From assembly GCA_038748365.1 (NCBI GenBank), contig JBCDIZ010000005.1:36092-100091 (forward strand): DNA of 64,000 nucleotides, written 5' to 3'. Made by a program: the position numbers and the translations under genes. The DNA is from Pseudomonadota bacterium. Lineage in GTDB: Bacteria; Pseudomonadota; Alphaproteobacteria; Sphingomonadales; Sphingomonadaceae. Below are positions 9,245 to 18,215 of the stretch, one piece after another. Position 1 is the first letter of the stretch. The number at the start of each line of letters is the position of its first letter. Below the pieces are notes generated by a model. It was not told the origin of the DNA. It was given only the letters and a program-made list of their open reading frames with translations, and made no database searches.

Positions 9245-9805
9245 ATGACCACCACAGCCCCCAATATTTCGCGCATTCACCATGTCGCCTATCGCTGCAA
9301 GGACGCGAAGGAGACGGTTCAATGGTATGAGCGCGTTCTCGGCATGGAATATACCAATGCCTTCGCCGAGGATTATGTCCCCTCTACAGGGGCTTATGAT
9401 CCCTATATGCACGTTTTTCTCGATTGCGGCGGCGGCAATGTGATCGCGTTTTTTGAGCTGCCCAATCAGCCGGATATGGGCAAAGACCCCAATACCCCGG
9501 CCTGGGTGCAGCATATCGCGTTTGAGGTCGCCGATATGGATGCGCTGTTGGCGGCAAAAGACCATATCGAGGCTGAGGGCATCGAGGTGCTGGGGCCAAC
9601 CTATCACGGCATTTTCCGCTCCATCTATTTCTTTGATCCCAATGGGCATCGGCTGGAGCTGGCGTGCAATATCGGTAGCGAAGAGCAATATGCCGAACTG
9701 CGCCGCGTCGCGCCGGATATGCTGGAAGAATGGAGCCAAACCAAAACCGCGCCGCAACATGCGCAATGGCTGCATGTCGATCCCGATGCGGTGGAAGCGG
9801 AATAG
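9245..9805 (+). CDS. VOC (glyoxalase/extradiol dioxygenase fold) protein
   Basis: IHHVAY, QHIAF, SIYFFDPNGHRLEL metal-binding motifs. Sits between hppD and FAH. Confidence 0.85.
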   Translation: MTTTAPNISRIHHVAYRCKDAKETVQWYERVLGMEYTNAFAEDYVPSTGAYDPYMHVFLDCGGGNVIAFFELPNQPDMGKDPNTPAWVQHIAFEVADMDALLAAKDHIEAEGIEVLGPTYHGIFRSIYFFDPNGHRLELACNIGSEEQYAELRRVAPDMLEEWSQTKTAPQHAQWLHVDPDAVEAE

Positions 9806-9815
9806 CATAACCAAG

Positions 9816-9901
9816 ACCGTTAGCCCTGAGCCTGTCGAAGGGTGTTTCTCTGCTTGGCGCAATGCTGATAAACGGGCTTCGACAAGCTCAGCCCTGACGG
9901 T
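9816..9901. repeat. REP-like palindrome (CTGAGCCTGTCGAAG...CTTCGACAAGCTCAG type)
   Basis: ACCGT..CTGAGCCTGTCGAAG pairs with CTTCGACAAGCTCAG..ACGGT. Intergenic between VOC and FAH. Confidence 0.8.
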
Positions 9902-9946
9902 ATTTGGGGCAATTGTGGAAATGAAGAAAATAAGGAAAACGCATAA

Positions 9947-10957
9947 ATGAAACTGGCATCACTTGAGAGCGGCCGCGATGGCTGTTTGGTCGTCGTTTCC
10001 AATGATCTCGCCTGGTATGCCGATGCGGCGCATATCTGCCCGACCTTGCAGGCGGCGCTGGATGATTGGGACACAATCGCACCGCAACTGGAAGTGCTGG
10101 CCCGCGATTTGGAGCATGAGGCGATCCCGCGCGAGCGTTTCCATGAGCATGATGCCGCTGCGCCCTTGCCGCGCGCCTACCAATGGGCCGATGGCAGCGC
10201 CTATGTGAATCACGTCGAACTAGTGCGCAAGGCACGTGGTGCCGAGATGCCAGAAACCTTCTGGACCGACCCGCTTATGTATCAAGGTGGCTCCGACGAT
10301 ATGCGCGGTGCGCGCTCGCCGATAAAACTCGCCGATGAGGCCTGGGGTTGCGATCTTGAGGCAGAGATTGTTGTTGTCACCGGCGATGTACCACAGGGCG
10401 TGACACCCGAAGAAGCGTGCAGCTATATCCGCCTGATCGGACTGGTGAACGATATTTCCTTGCGCAATCTCATCCCCGGCGAACTGGCCAAGGGCTTTGG
10501 CTTTGTCCAGTCCAAGCCCGCCAGCGCTTTCTCACCGGTGTTCGTCACCCCCGACGCGCTGGGCGATTACTGGCAGGACGGCAAGCTGCACCGCACGCTG
10601 CTGGTAGACCTCAATAGCGAGCCCTTTGGTCGAGCGGTCGCTTCGGACGACTGCACCTTCGATTTCGGCGTCTTGATCGCGCATCTCGCCAAAACCCGCA
10701 ATATCGGCGCGGGCTCGATCATCGGTTCCGGCACCGTCTCCAACCGCGACAGCGATGGCGGCCCGGGTAAGCCGGTAAGCGATGGTGGCTTGGGCTATAG
10801 CTGTATCGCTGAAGTGCGGATGGTCGAGAAAATCCTGACCGGAGAATTCAAAACCGGCTTCCTCAAACACGGGGATACCGTGCGCATCGATGTGCATGAT
10901 GACAATGAGCACACGATTTTCGGTGCGATCGAGCAGACGGTTGAGAAACCCAACTGA
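9947..10957 (+). CDS. Fumarylacetoacetate hydrolase family protein
   Basis: WADGSAY, CDLEAE, VNDISLRN, QSKPASAFSP, GSGTVSN motifs. Confidence 0.9.
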   Translation: MKLASLESGRDGCLVVVSNDLAWYADAAHICPTLQAALDDWDTIAPQLEVLARDLEHEAIPRERFHEHDAAAPLPRAYQWADGSAYVNHVELVRKARGAEMPETFWTDPLMYQGGSDDMRGARSPIKLADEAWGCDLEAEIVVVTGDVPQGVTPEEACSYIRLIGLVNDISLRNLIPGELAKGFGFVQSKPASAFSPVFVTPDALGDYWQDGKLHRTLLVDLNSEPFGRAVASDDCTFDFGVLIAHLAKTRNIGAGSIIGSGTVSNRDSDGGPGKPVSDGGLGYSCIAEVRMVEKILTGEFKTGFLKHGDTVRIDVHDDNEHTIFGAIEQTVEKPN

Positions 10958-10974
10958 TCCTTGCTCAAGATAGG

Positions 10975-10999
10975 AAAAAGGGGCGGTGTCACCGCCCCC
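10975..10999 (-). terminator. Intrinsic terminator between convergent FAH and tadC
   Basis: GGGGCGG-TGTCA-CCGCCCC hairpin with an A5 run on its left, giving a U-tract on the minus strand. Confidence 0.65.
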
Positions 11000-11005
11000 T
11001 GATCC

Positions 11006-11998
11006 TTATTTGTTGATTAGTGCATCGCTGATCGAGCAGGCTGCTGGACCAAGGATCACGACGAAAAGCACTGGCAGAATGAACAGAATGAGCGGCACTG
11101 TCATGATTGCAGGCAGGCGTGCCGCCTTTTCCTCTGCACGCATCATGCGTTCGTTGCGGAATTCTGCTGAGAGAACACGAAGTGCAGATGCTAGCGGAGT
11201 ACCGTATTTCTCGGTCTGGATCATGGTGGTCACCACACCTTTGACCGCTTCCAGATCAACACGATAGGCAAGGTTCTCAAAGGCTTGCCGACGCTCAGTA
11301 AGGAAGCTCAACTCAATCGCCGTTAGCGCAAATTCATCACCTAGTTCTGGGTAAGCACGGCCCAGTTCCTTGGCAACGCGGTTAAAGGCGGCATCGACCG
11401 TCAGACCAGCTTCTGCGCAGATAACCAACAGGTCGAGTGCATCAGGAAGCCCTTTGCGGATGGCATCAGTGCGCTTGGCAACCTTGTTCTGAACAAAGAT
11501 ATCTGGTCCCTTATAGCTCAGGATAAGGGATAGAGCCATAATGCCCGATTTCTTCCATGCTTCCCAATCCGATAAACCGTCAAACACGTAAATATAGAGC
11601 GCTGTTCCGCCGCCAATAACGATCGGTAGGATCAAGCGACCAAAGATAACAGCAATCGCCGCATCTTTGGAACGGATACCGGCTTGGGCAAGTTTTTGCT
11701 GGGCTGCCTCAAGCTGTTCATCCTGCAAGACACTAAGCGATGACAAAATGCTACGCATTCTGTCCGTAGTTTCATTTTGCTGCACCAGCTTGGCGCGCTT
11801 TTTGGTGGATGCCGTAATACCGGCCTTGAGCTGCTCACGCCGCTCATTGAGTGACTTGACGCGCTTGGCCATGGGATCACGCACCGTTGTTGCGGCATAA
11901 ATTGCGACCATTACCGCCAGCGTTGCGATGGCGGCCAAAATGGTGGCAACCCAGAGCACATCAACGCCCATTAATGTTGGTCCGCCAGCTTCAGGCAT
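11006..11998 (-). CDS. tadC: Tad pilus assembly platform protein TadC (T2SSF family)
   Basis: LPDALDLLVICAEAGLT, QTEKYGTPL, AEEKAARLPAIMTVPLILF. Confidence 0.92.
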   Translation of the reverse strand: MPEAGGPTLMGVDVLWVATILAAIATLAVMVAIYAATTVRDPMAKRVKSLNERREQLKAGITASTKKRAKLVQQNETTDRMRSILSSLSVLQDEQLEAAQQKLAQAGIRSKDAAIAVIFGRLILPIVIGGGTALYIYVFDGLSDWEAWKKSGIMALSLILSYKGPDIFVQNKVAKRTDAIRKGLPDALDLLVICAEAGLTVDAAFNRVAKELGRAYPELGDEFALTAIELSFLTERRQAFENLAYRVDLEAVKGVVTTMIQTEKYGTPLASALRVLSAEFRNERMMRAEEKAARLPAIMTVPLILFILPVLFVVILGPAACSISDALINK

Positions 11999-12036
11999 CT
12001 GTCATTCCTATTCCGCTCTTGGTCGCTCTATCGACA

Positions 12037-13008
12037 CTAAATCTCAAAGCTTATCATTCTGGACATGATGAACACGCCAAGACTCATCCAGACCATGCCA
12101 CCCATGCCAGCAATAATCAGTCGTTCATCAACAAAGAAGCCACCAATATATTCAGGGTTCACATAGAAAATCATGGCAAAGACAACGAAAGGCAATGCTC
12201 CCAAAATATAGGCTGATGCCTTGGCTTCCGATGACATCGCCTTGATCTTGAGCTTCATCTGAGCGCGTTTCCTGAGAACGTCTGACAGATTGGCCAATGT
12301 TTCTGCCAAGTTACCGCCCGTTTCTCGCTGAATGGCGAGCGTAATGCAGAAAAAGTTGAATTCTGGCGTATTCAGTTTCTTGGCTGTTTCCTGAAGAGAA
12401 TCTTCCATGGTACGGCCAATTTTTATCCGCTCTGTGACCTCTTTGAACTCTTCCCCGACCGGCCCGGGAATTTCAGTTGCTACAACACCCAGAGTTTCGG
12501 TCACAGGTAAGCCCGAACGGAGACCACGCACCAGAAGTTCAATGGCGTCAGGGAAATTCGTGGTGAATTGGGTGATCCGCTTCTTGATCATGGAACCGAT
12601 AACCATATGCGGCAGGCCAAAGCCAACTGCTGCTCCAACAAAGACAGATAGCATCGGGTTGTTACTGCGGAAATATATCAATGCTCCGATAACAACAGTA
12701 ATTCCTACGCAAACATAAAGATACTGGGCCAATGTCCAGTTGCGCCCTGTCTGAGCCAGCCGATTAGCCAGCATGTCGAGCTTGGACATTTCCCCTTGCG
12801 CATTGCCGCGCGGTTTGCGCGCAGCAATAGCTTTACGCATTTGGTCTTCGACCTGGCTTTTGGTGCTTTCACTATGCCGGAGTTTTAGGTCGTTAAGCCT
12901 TCTAGCGCCTTCCTTCTGAACCGAAGGGCCGGAAAAGCCGAAGACAAGCATAACGAGGAACGCCAGAACGCCCAGCACCAGCAAGCCTATCTGCATCCAC
13001 TCTGTCAT
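12037..13008 (-). CDS. tadB: Tad pilus assembly protein TadB
   Basis: FPDAIELLVRGLRSGLP, IQRETGGNLAETL, MSSEAKASA. Confidence 0.92.
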   Translation of the reverse strand: MTEWMQIGLLVLGVLAFLVMLVFGFSGPSVQKEGARRLNDLKLRHSESTKSQVEDQMRKAIAARKPRGNAQGEMSKLDMLANRLAQTGRNWTLAQYLYVCVGITVVIGALIYFRSNNPMLSVFVGAAVGFGLPHMVIGSMIKKRITQFTTNFPDAIELLVRGLRSGLPVTETLGVVATEIPGPVGEEFKEVTERIKIGRTMEDSLQETAKKLNTPEFNFFCITLAIQRETGGNLAETLANLSDVLRKRAQMKLKIKAMSSEAKASAYILGALPFVVFAMIFYVNPEYIGGFFVDERLIIAGMGGMVWMSLGVFIMSRMISFEI

Positions 13009-13064
13009 CTTTGTCCCCTAACGTATCAAGGCTAAGCAAAATGGCACTGCCGCCATGAGCTTGC

Positions 13065-14342
13065 TTACCCCTCTTTCTTTGGCTTTGATGGCAGAAGCGA
13101 TTTGAAATCGCCGAATTTGCCGAGCAGCGATTTTTTTGCACCTTCGCCTTCGCTATCCTCGTCATCATCTTCAACAACACCCAAAACGCGCTCACCAAGT
13201 GATGCCATTATGGATGCAGTCTTACTATTTTTGTTAGCGGTAATAAAAGGTTGGCCGAGTTTGGCAGCAGCAGCAGCGCCTTTGAAGTCGGCTGGTATGA
13301 CGAAATCAATTTTGCGCTCAACCGAGGCTTCAAAATCCGCACGGCTGATTTCCAAGTTGCTTGGTTGTACCTTATTAGCCACCAATACTATTTGCGCCTG
13401 TGGAGCATTGCTCTTTAACCATGACAGGATGCGAATAGCATCGCGGGCAGAAGCAAGCGTTAATTCGGTGACCAAAACAGCGACATTTACATCGCTCATA
13501 AGATGCGGGAAATTGACCAGCATATTCCGTGGCAGATCAATCATCGTCGACTCAAATGCAGCACGAAATTCTTCCTGAAGCTGGAAGAATGCTGCACCAT
13601 CAGTCATCAATGGTGAACTGATCGGCGCTTCTGCAGACAATATCGCAAGTTTTTCGTTAGCCTTGATCATCGCACGCTCAATAAACAGGCCGTCAATACG
13701 GCTCGGATTATCAATCGCGTCGGTAAGGCCCCGACCAGGCTCCAAGTCCATGATCAGCGCATCGGTGCCGAAATGGACATCAAGGTCGAGCAGTGCCGTT
13801 TGGCGGTCAGCATCCTGACTGAAATACCACGCCAGTGATGTAGCAATAGTGCTGGCGCCAACGCCGCCGCGACTGCCGATAACAGCGGTTGTGACATGAG
13901 GCCGCTCACTGCCATTATCTTGCTGCTTTGGAGCACTGAAGATCGCCTGGGCCTGTACTAAGGCATCGCGCAGCTGGTCAGGGCTGACCGGCTTTAGCAG
14001 ATAGTCCTGCAAACCACTGACGATAAGATCGCGATAAAGACGTACATCATTGACCTGACCCATGGCCACGACAACGGTGCCTGGCTCACAGACCTCGGCC
14101 AGAGCATTGATATCGTTTAACGGATCGCCTGACTCAGACAGGTCGACCAAAAGGATGTTAGGACTGGCGGCAATAGAAAGTGACTGGATTGCGTTGCGTA
14201 ATCCGCCTTGATTACACTTTTCCGATTGCCAGCCCATTTCAATGCAGACTGTCCGGACGACATCCAGCGTCTCATCGTCACAGATATAGGCAGCAAAAGC
14301 ATCACGCGTGCCACTGCCCGTAGGATTGAAGGGAGCGTTCAT
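13065..14342 (-). CDS. cpaE: Pilus assembly protein CpaE/TadZ (receiver-like plus MinD-like domain)
   Basis: N-terminal receiver-like domain, GSRGGVGAST deviant P-loop, LLDLDVHFG. ATG at 14342. Confidence 0.9.
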   Translation of the reverse strand: MNAPFNPTGSGTRDAFAAYICDDETLDVVRTVCIEMGWQSEKCNQGGLRNAIQSLSIAASPNILLVDLSESGDPLNDINALAEVCEPGTVVVAMGQVNDVRLYRDLIVSGLQDYLLKPVSPDQLRDALVQAQAIFSAPKQQDNGSERPHVTTAVIGSRGGVGASTIATSLAWYFSQDADRQTALLDLDVHFGTDALIMDLEPGRGLTDAIDNPSRIDGLFIERAMIKANEKLAILSAEAPISSPLMTDGAAFFQLQEEFRAAFESTMIDLPRNMLVNFPHLMSDVNVAVLVTELTLASARDAIRILSWLKSNAPQAQIVLVANKVQPSNLEISRADFEASVERKIDFVIPADFKGAAAAAKLGQPFITANKNSKTASIMASLGERVLGVVEDDDEDSEGEGAKKSLLGKFGDFKSLLPSKPKKEG

Positions 14343-14343
14343 C

Positions 14344-15042
14344 TTATTGTCCTCCTCCACCAGCAGCACCACCGCCGCCGCCGCCGGCACCACCACCGCC
14401 GCCGCCACTGGTTCCTCCGCCGCCTAAGCCGCCTGCACCAGTTGGTTGTGCGTTACGCAGCGTCTCAATGGCTTTGATCGCTGTATCCGAGTCTGAAGTA
14501 CCATCACCCTGACCGCGCACTAGATCTTCAGCGTCGGCAACCATTGAGGCCAAGTTGCTGTTTGAGGCGCAGCCGAAATTGCTGCTGGTGCCGTTGTTGA
14601 AGTTGGTCTCGCTTACTGAGGACCAGTCCGGGCAACCATCAACGCGCGCGCTGGACCGGCTAATCACGATCCGGACATCACCAGGTGCAAGATTGCCGCC
14701 GGTGATCGGTGCAGTATCAGCGATCAGTAGGCCATATTTTGCAGCCGCAGCCTCGACCAATGATCGTACTGAACGATTGCTCACAGGATCATCTATAGAA
14801 ACGCGATCACCATAGCCTACACCCATTGCCGCAAACCATTGGGCCAGTTTGGCTTGTTCCGAAACCGGAAGAGTGCCGCCGCGCGTATTGAGGTCAAGCG
14901 CATAGTTACTACGGCTGACTACAGGCTCGTGAATGCTGTTCAGCGAGCGATTGCTAGCCGTATGGCTCGTGCAAGCCGATGCGGCAAGAGCAAGGCCGAG
15001 AATGAGGGCCGATGAAAAGGTTTTTCTATTGAATTGGGTCAT
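14344..15042 (-). CDS. cpaD: Pilus assembly lipoprotein CpaD
   Basis: Lipobox LAASAC, CPDWS, NFGCASNSNLASMVADAEDLVRG. Gly-rich C-terminal tail. Confidence 0.88.
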   Translation of the reverse strand: MTQFNRKTFSSALILGLALAASACTSHTASNRSLNSIHEPVVSRSNYALDLNTRGGTLPVSEQAKLAQWFAAMGVGYGDRVSIDDPVSNRSVRSLVEAAAAKYGLLIADTAPITGGNLAPGDVRIVISRSSARVDGCPDWSSVSETNFNNGTSSNFGCASNSNLASMVADAEDLVRGQGDGTSDSDTAIKAIETLRNAQPTGAGGLGGGGTSGGGGGGAGGGGGGAAGGGGQ

Positions 15043-15056
15043 TTCGTCGGTCCTTC

Positions 15057-16640
15057 TTATTCAAAAGTGAAGCCGGGATTTGCATCACGAGATGCGCGGC
15101 TGCTGCTTTTGCCCCTTGCTTTGCCGGTTGACTGTTGCTGAAGTGCTTGCGGGTCCGACAATTGATTGTCCGACCCACGCCTACGATCACGTGTAGGCTG
15201 TTCAACGCGTGGCATCGGGCGTTCGCCACCACTAATGCCATCCGTTTCCTGATTGAGCAGCAGTCTTTGTGCATCATTAGCAGCCTGGAACGCGTCAGTC
15301 GGCAGCTTGATGTCGTTGCTATTGACCGGCTTCACCAGATAAGGCGTAACAATTATAACAAGTTCGGTCTCGCCACGTTGGAATTCGCTTGATTTGAACA
15401 AATTGCCGAGGATTGGGACATCGCCCAGACCAGGTGCTTTATTGACTGAATTCTGCACGTTGTTGCTCATCAGACCAGCGATCATAAAGCTCTGACCAGA
15501 GCCCAATTCTACCGTTGTTTCCGCGCTACGGATCGTCAGGCCTGGGACGGTGAAGCCTTGAAGCGTCACAGCGCCTGATGCAGATAGCTCTGAGACCTCT
15601 GGACGGACGCGCAACGAGATACGGCCATTTTCCAACACGGTTGGTGTATATGCTAGGCTAACGCCAAAGCTGCGGAATTGGATCGCTACGTTGCCCAAAC
15701 CTTGAGCAATCGGAATTGGAAATTCGCCACCGGCAAGAAATTCGGCCGTTTCCCCTGACAATGCTGTCAGGTTAGGCTGGGACAAAGTAGTCACAAGACC
15801 GACAGTTTCGGCAAGATCGAGCGTTCCAGCCAAATCCAGACCGAATAGATTACCCAATCCGGCAAGCGTAGTACCGCCACCGCCAACGCCGTCAATTACA
15901 GTAGTGCCTTCCGAGCCTGCAGTCACTCCGACACCTGCCGGACCTGTTGGCGTGAATTGCGGCGAAAAGCTGCGACCTGTTGTCACACCGAATTGGAAGC
16001 CATTGGTGGAATCGGCGCTCAATAGATTGGCACCAATGTTTTTCACCAGTGAGCGGCTGACTTCAGCGATTTTTACCTGCAGATTGACCTGCAAAGGCGT
16101 TGCCGTTTTCAGGCGGCTGATAACCTCGGTTTCTTCGCCAACAAATGCCTGCACTAGACGTTCAGCCTCGGCTGCATCGCCGGGTGCGGCAATGGTTCCG
16201 GTCAAAAGCACCAGACCATTCATAGTGGCTACATTGATATCGGCTTCTGGCATAGCCAGGGTCAGCATTTGATCAATTGAGTCAATGTTCGAGCCAACAC
16301 GGATCGTTGCCGAATAGACAACAGAGCCTGCTGCATTACTCGCATAGAGAGTGGTTTCGCCGCCTGCTTTGCCAAAGACATAGAGCTGGCGTGCGCTCTT
16401 CACTTGCACATCAGCAATCTGATCATCGGCGATGAACAGGTCAGTGATGTTACCGGGCAGGCTAACCAACTGACCGCGTCCAATGGAGAGTACGATCTCG
16501 CTTGAAGGCTTCGGGCTAGTCTGGGCAACTGCCGGTGCCGCACCGATGGTTGATCCAATAGCGGCCAAGGCACCAACGCAGATGCCGCTGGCAAGCGCGG
16601 AACCAACTACGGTCCTGCGGAAATTTTTAGTAAAGCTCAT
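15057..16640 (-). CDS. cpaC: Pilus secretin CpaC/RcpA
   Basis: T2SS-T3SS_pil_N, BON and secretin motifs (PNLTALSGETAEFLAGGEFP, PGLGDVPILGNLFKS). ATG 16640 is the likely start. Confidence 0.92.
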   Translation of the reverse strand: MSFTKNFRRTVVGSALASGICVGALAAIGSTIGAAPAVAQTSPKPSSEIVLSIGRGQLVSLPGNITDLFIADDQIADVQVKSARQLYVFGKAGGETTLYASNAAGSVVYSATIRVGSNIDSIDQMLTLAMPEADINVATMNGLVLLTGTIAAPGDAAEAERLVQAFVGEETEVISRLKTATPLQVNLQVKIAEVSRSLVKNIGANLLSADSTNGFQFGVTTGRSFSPQFTPTGPAGVGVTAGSEGTTVIDGVGGGGTTLAGLGNLFGLDLAGTLDLAETVGLVTTLSQPNLTALSGETAEFLAGGEFPIPIAQGLGNVAIQFRSFGVSLAYTPTVLENGRISLRVRPEVSELSASGAVTLQGFTVPGLTIRSAETTVELGSGQSFMIAGLMSNNVQNSVNKAPGLGDVPILGNLFKSSEFQRGETELVIIVTPYLVKPVNSNDIKLPTDAFQAANDAQRLLLNQETDGISGGERPMPRVEQPTRDRRRGSDNQLSDPQALQQQSTGKARGKSSSRASRDANPGFTFE

Positions 16641-16641
16641 C

Positions 16642-17631
16642 TTATTTACCTCCAACCGGAACGGTTGTGACATTCTTACCGCGAGATACGCGTACTTGAG
16701 GTTGCGGTTTGGTTGCTGGCGCAGCAGGAATATTCGCTGGCGTAGATTGTTTTTGCGATGGAACTGTAGTCCGCTGGAACCGGGAAACGTCGCCGCCGGT
16801 TACAAAAGTCGGGTCAGTGTCGACCGGCCGTTTAACAACCGACTGAATAAATTTCTCTTCCGCTTCCGGGTCATCGCTATCTGGTACCTTGATCTCACCA
16901 GCGGCAATGGCGCGTTCCAGTTCTGCCTCATTGTCGGCGATAGAGCGCAGCGACAGGCTGATCACACCGATTGTCTGGGCAACCGCAATCTTCTCTGCCA
17001 GCTTAGGCGTAACCTCGACGGTCACGGTGTTGAACTTGATGACAACCTGATTGCCTTCTTCGTCCAGAGAAGACACGCGCTGACCGGTAGCAAGAACGCG
17101 CAGATTGCGAATAATGGTTTCCGATGCCTTGAGATCAGGGCCATCCTTGCCTTTGACCGCCTGTGTCAGCACCAGGTCGATACGGTCACCGGGAAAAACA
17201 AAGCCACCCACGCTGGTGCGCTCAGATACAGGAACGGTAACAGCACGCATGCCAGGACCAAGCGCTGCGGCAAGGAAACCGCGGTCGCCTGGCTTCACCA
17301 AAGACCCTTGGGTTACCGGCTGGCCAGCGGTGATCTCGTTACGCACAACCGTGCCAAGCAGCGAGGCACCATCGGTGTTTTCTTCCATGAAATACGCTTT
17401 TTCGACCAGCTCTTCCGGCCAGGGCTGGAAGCTAAAGGCATCCGGTGTGATGATGGTGCCGACCGGCAGGGCGCGATTGGCGACCAGCACTTTTGGACCG
17501 GTTATCGCAGGCGCTTCTGCAGCGACAGTTTGCGGTGCTGAGGCGCCTGCAAACATGCTGCGCGCGAGAAAGGCGGTGCCCAATGCAACAATCAGTGCCC
17601 CAATCAGCAATACCAGCTTTTTCTTATCCAT
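16642..17631 (-). CDS. cpaB: Flp pilus assembly protein CpaB/RcpC
   Basis: SAF domain (VLVANRALPVGT), GMRAVTV, GGFVFPGDRIDL. Confidence 0.92.
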   Translation of the reverse strand: MDKKKLVLLIGALIVALGTAFLARSMFAGASAPQTVAAEAPAITGPKVLVANRALPVGTIITPDAFSFQPWPEELVEKAYFMEENTDGASLLGTVVRNEITAGQPVTQGSLVKPGDRGFLAAALGPGMRAVTVPVSERTSVGGFVFPGDRIDLVLTQAVKGKDGPDLKASETIIRNLRVLATGQRVSSLDEEGNQVVIKFNTVTVEVTPKLAEKIAVAQTIGVISLSLRSIADNEAELERAIAAGEIKVPDSDDPEAEEKFIQSVVKRPVDTDPTFVTGGDVSRFQRTTVPSQKQSTPANIPAAPATKPQPQVRVSRGKNVTTVPVGGK

Positions 17632-17675
17632 GATGTCACTGCCTCCACGCAGCTGAATTTATTGCGTTATCTTTT

Positions 17676-18155
17676 TTACATTTGCACAGAATGGTTAAAA
17701 TAGTGTTCGGCAATCACCCAAAGCCCGGCAAAGGCGATGGCCACGCCATAGGGAATTTCGAGTTTTGCCTTGGAACGGCGTATTTTGTGGATCATCGCCA
17801 TGAACACGGTCAGGATACCGCCGGCGATCGACATGATGAGCACCAGCATCAGCATATCTTGCCAAGAAAACCACAATGCGAGGGCACTCAAAAGTTTAAC
17901 ATCGCCGCCGCCCATGGCACCGATAGCAAATAAAGCAGTGAAGATAGCAAACACCCCCAGCGCCAACCCGATCTGCATCGCGATATCGGGCCATAGCGAC
18001 ATGCCTGTTGCCCACCAGAATATTGGAGCGGCAAGAGCGATACCGGCGTTAAGCCAGTTCTCAATCTCGCGTCGGCGAATGTCGGTATAGCTGGCATGGG
18101 CAAGTGCAATTGCCAACGCGCCAAGCATTCCGTAAATGATCTGAACCCCCGTCAT
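17676..18155 (-). CDS. cpaA: Prepilin peptidase CpaA (A24)
   Basis: YTDIRRREIENW, MGGGDVKLL, IPYGVAIA. Confidence 0.92.
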   Translation of the reverse strand: MTGVQIIYGMLGALAIALAHASYTDIRRREIENWLNAGIALAAPIFWWATGMSLWPDIAMQIGLALGVFAIFTALFAIGAMGGGDVKLLSALALWFSWQDMLMLVLIMSIAGGILTVFMAMIHKIRRSKAKLEIPYGVAIAFAGLWVIAEHYFNHSVQM

Positions 18156-18215
18156 GAAAGGTGTTCTTAAGGCGCATGACTTACCAAAAAGTAACCATCA
18201 GAAAATTTCTTTGCA

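Noticed and set aside
14344-14436. GCC/ACC repeats as a possible array or non-coding repeat
   Set aside because: They are in-frame glycine codons of cpaD.
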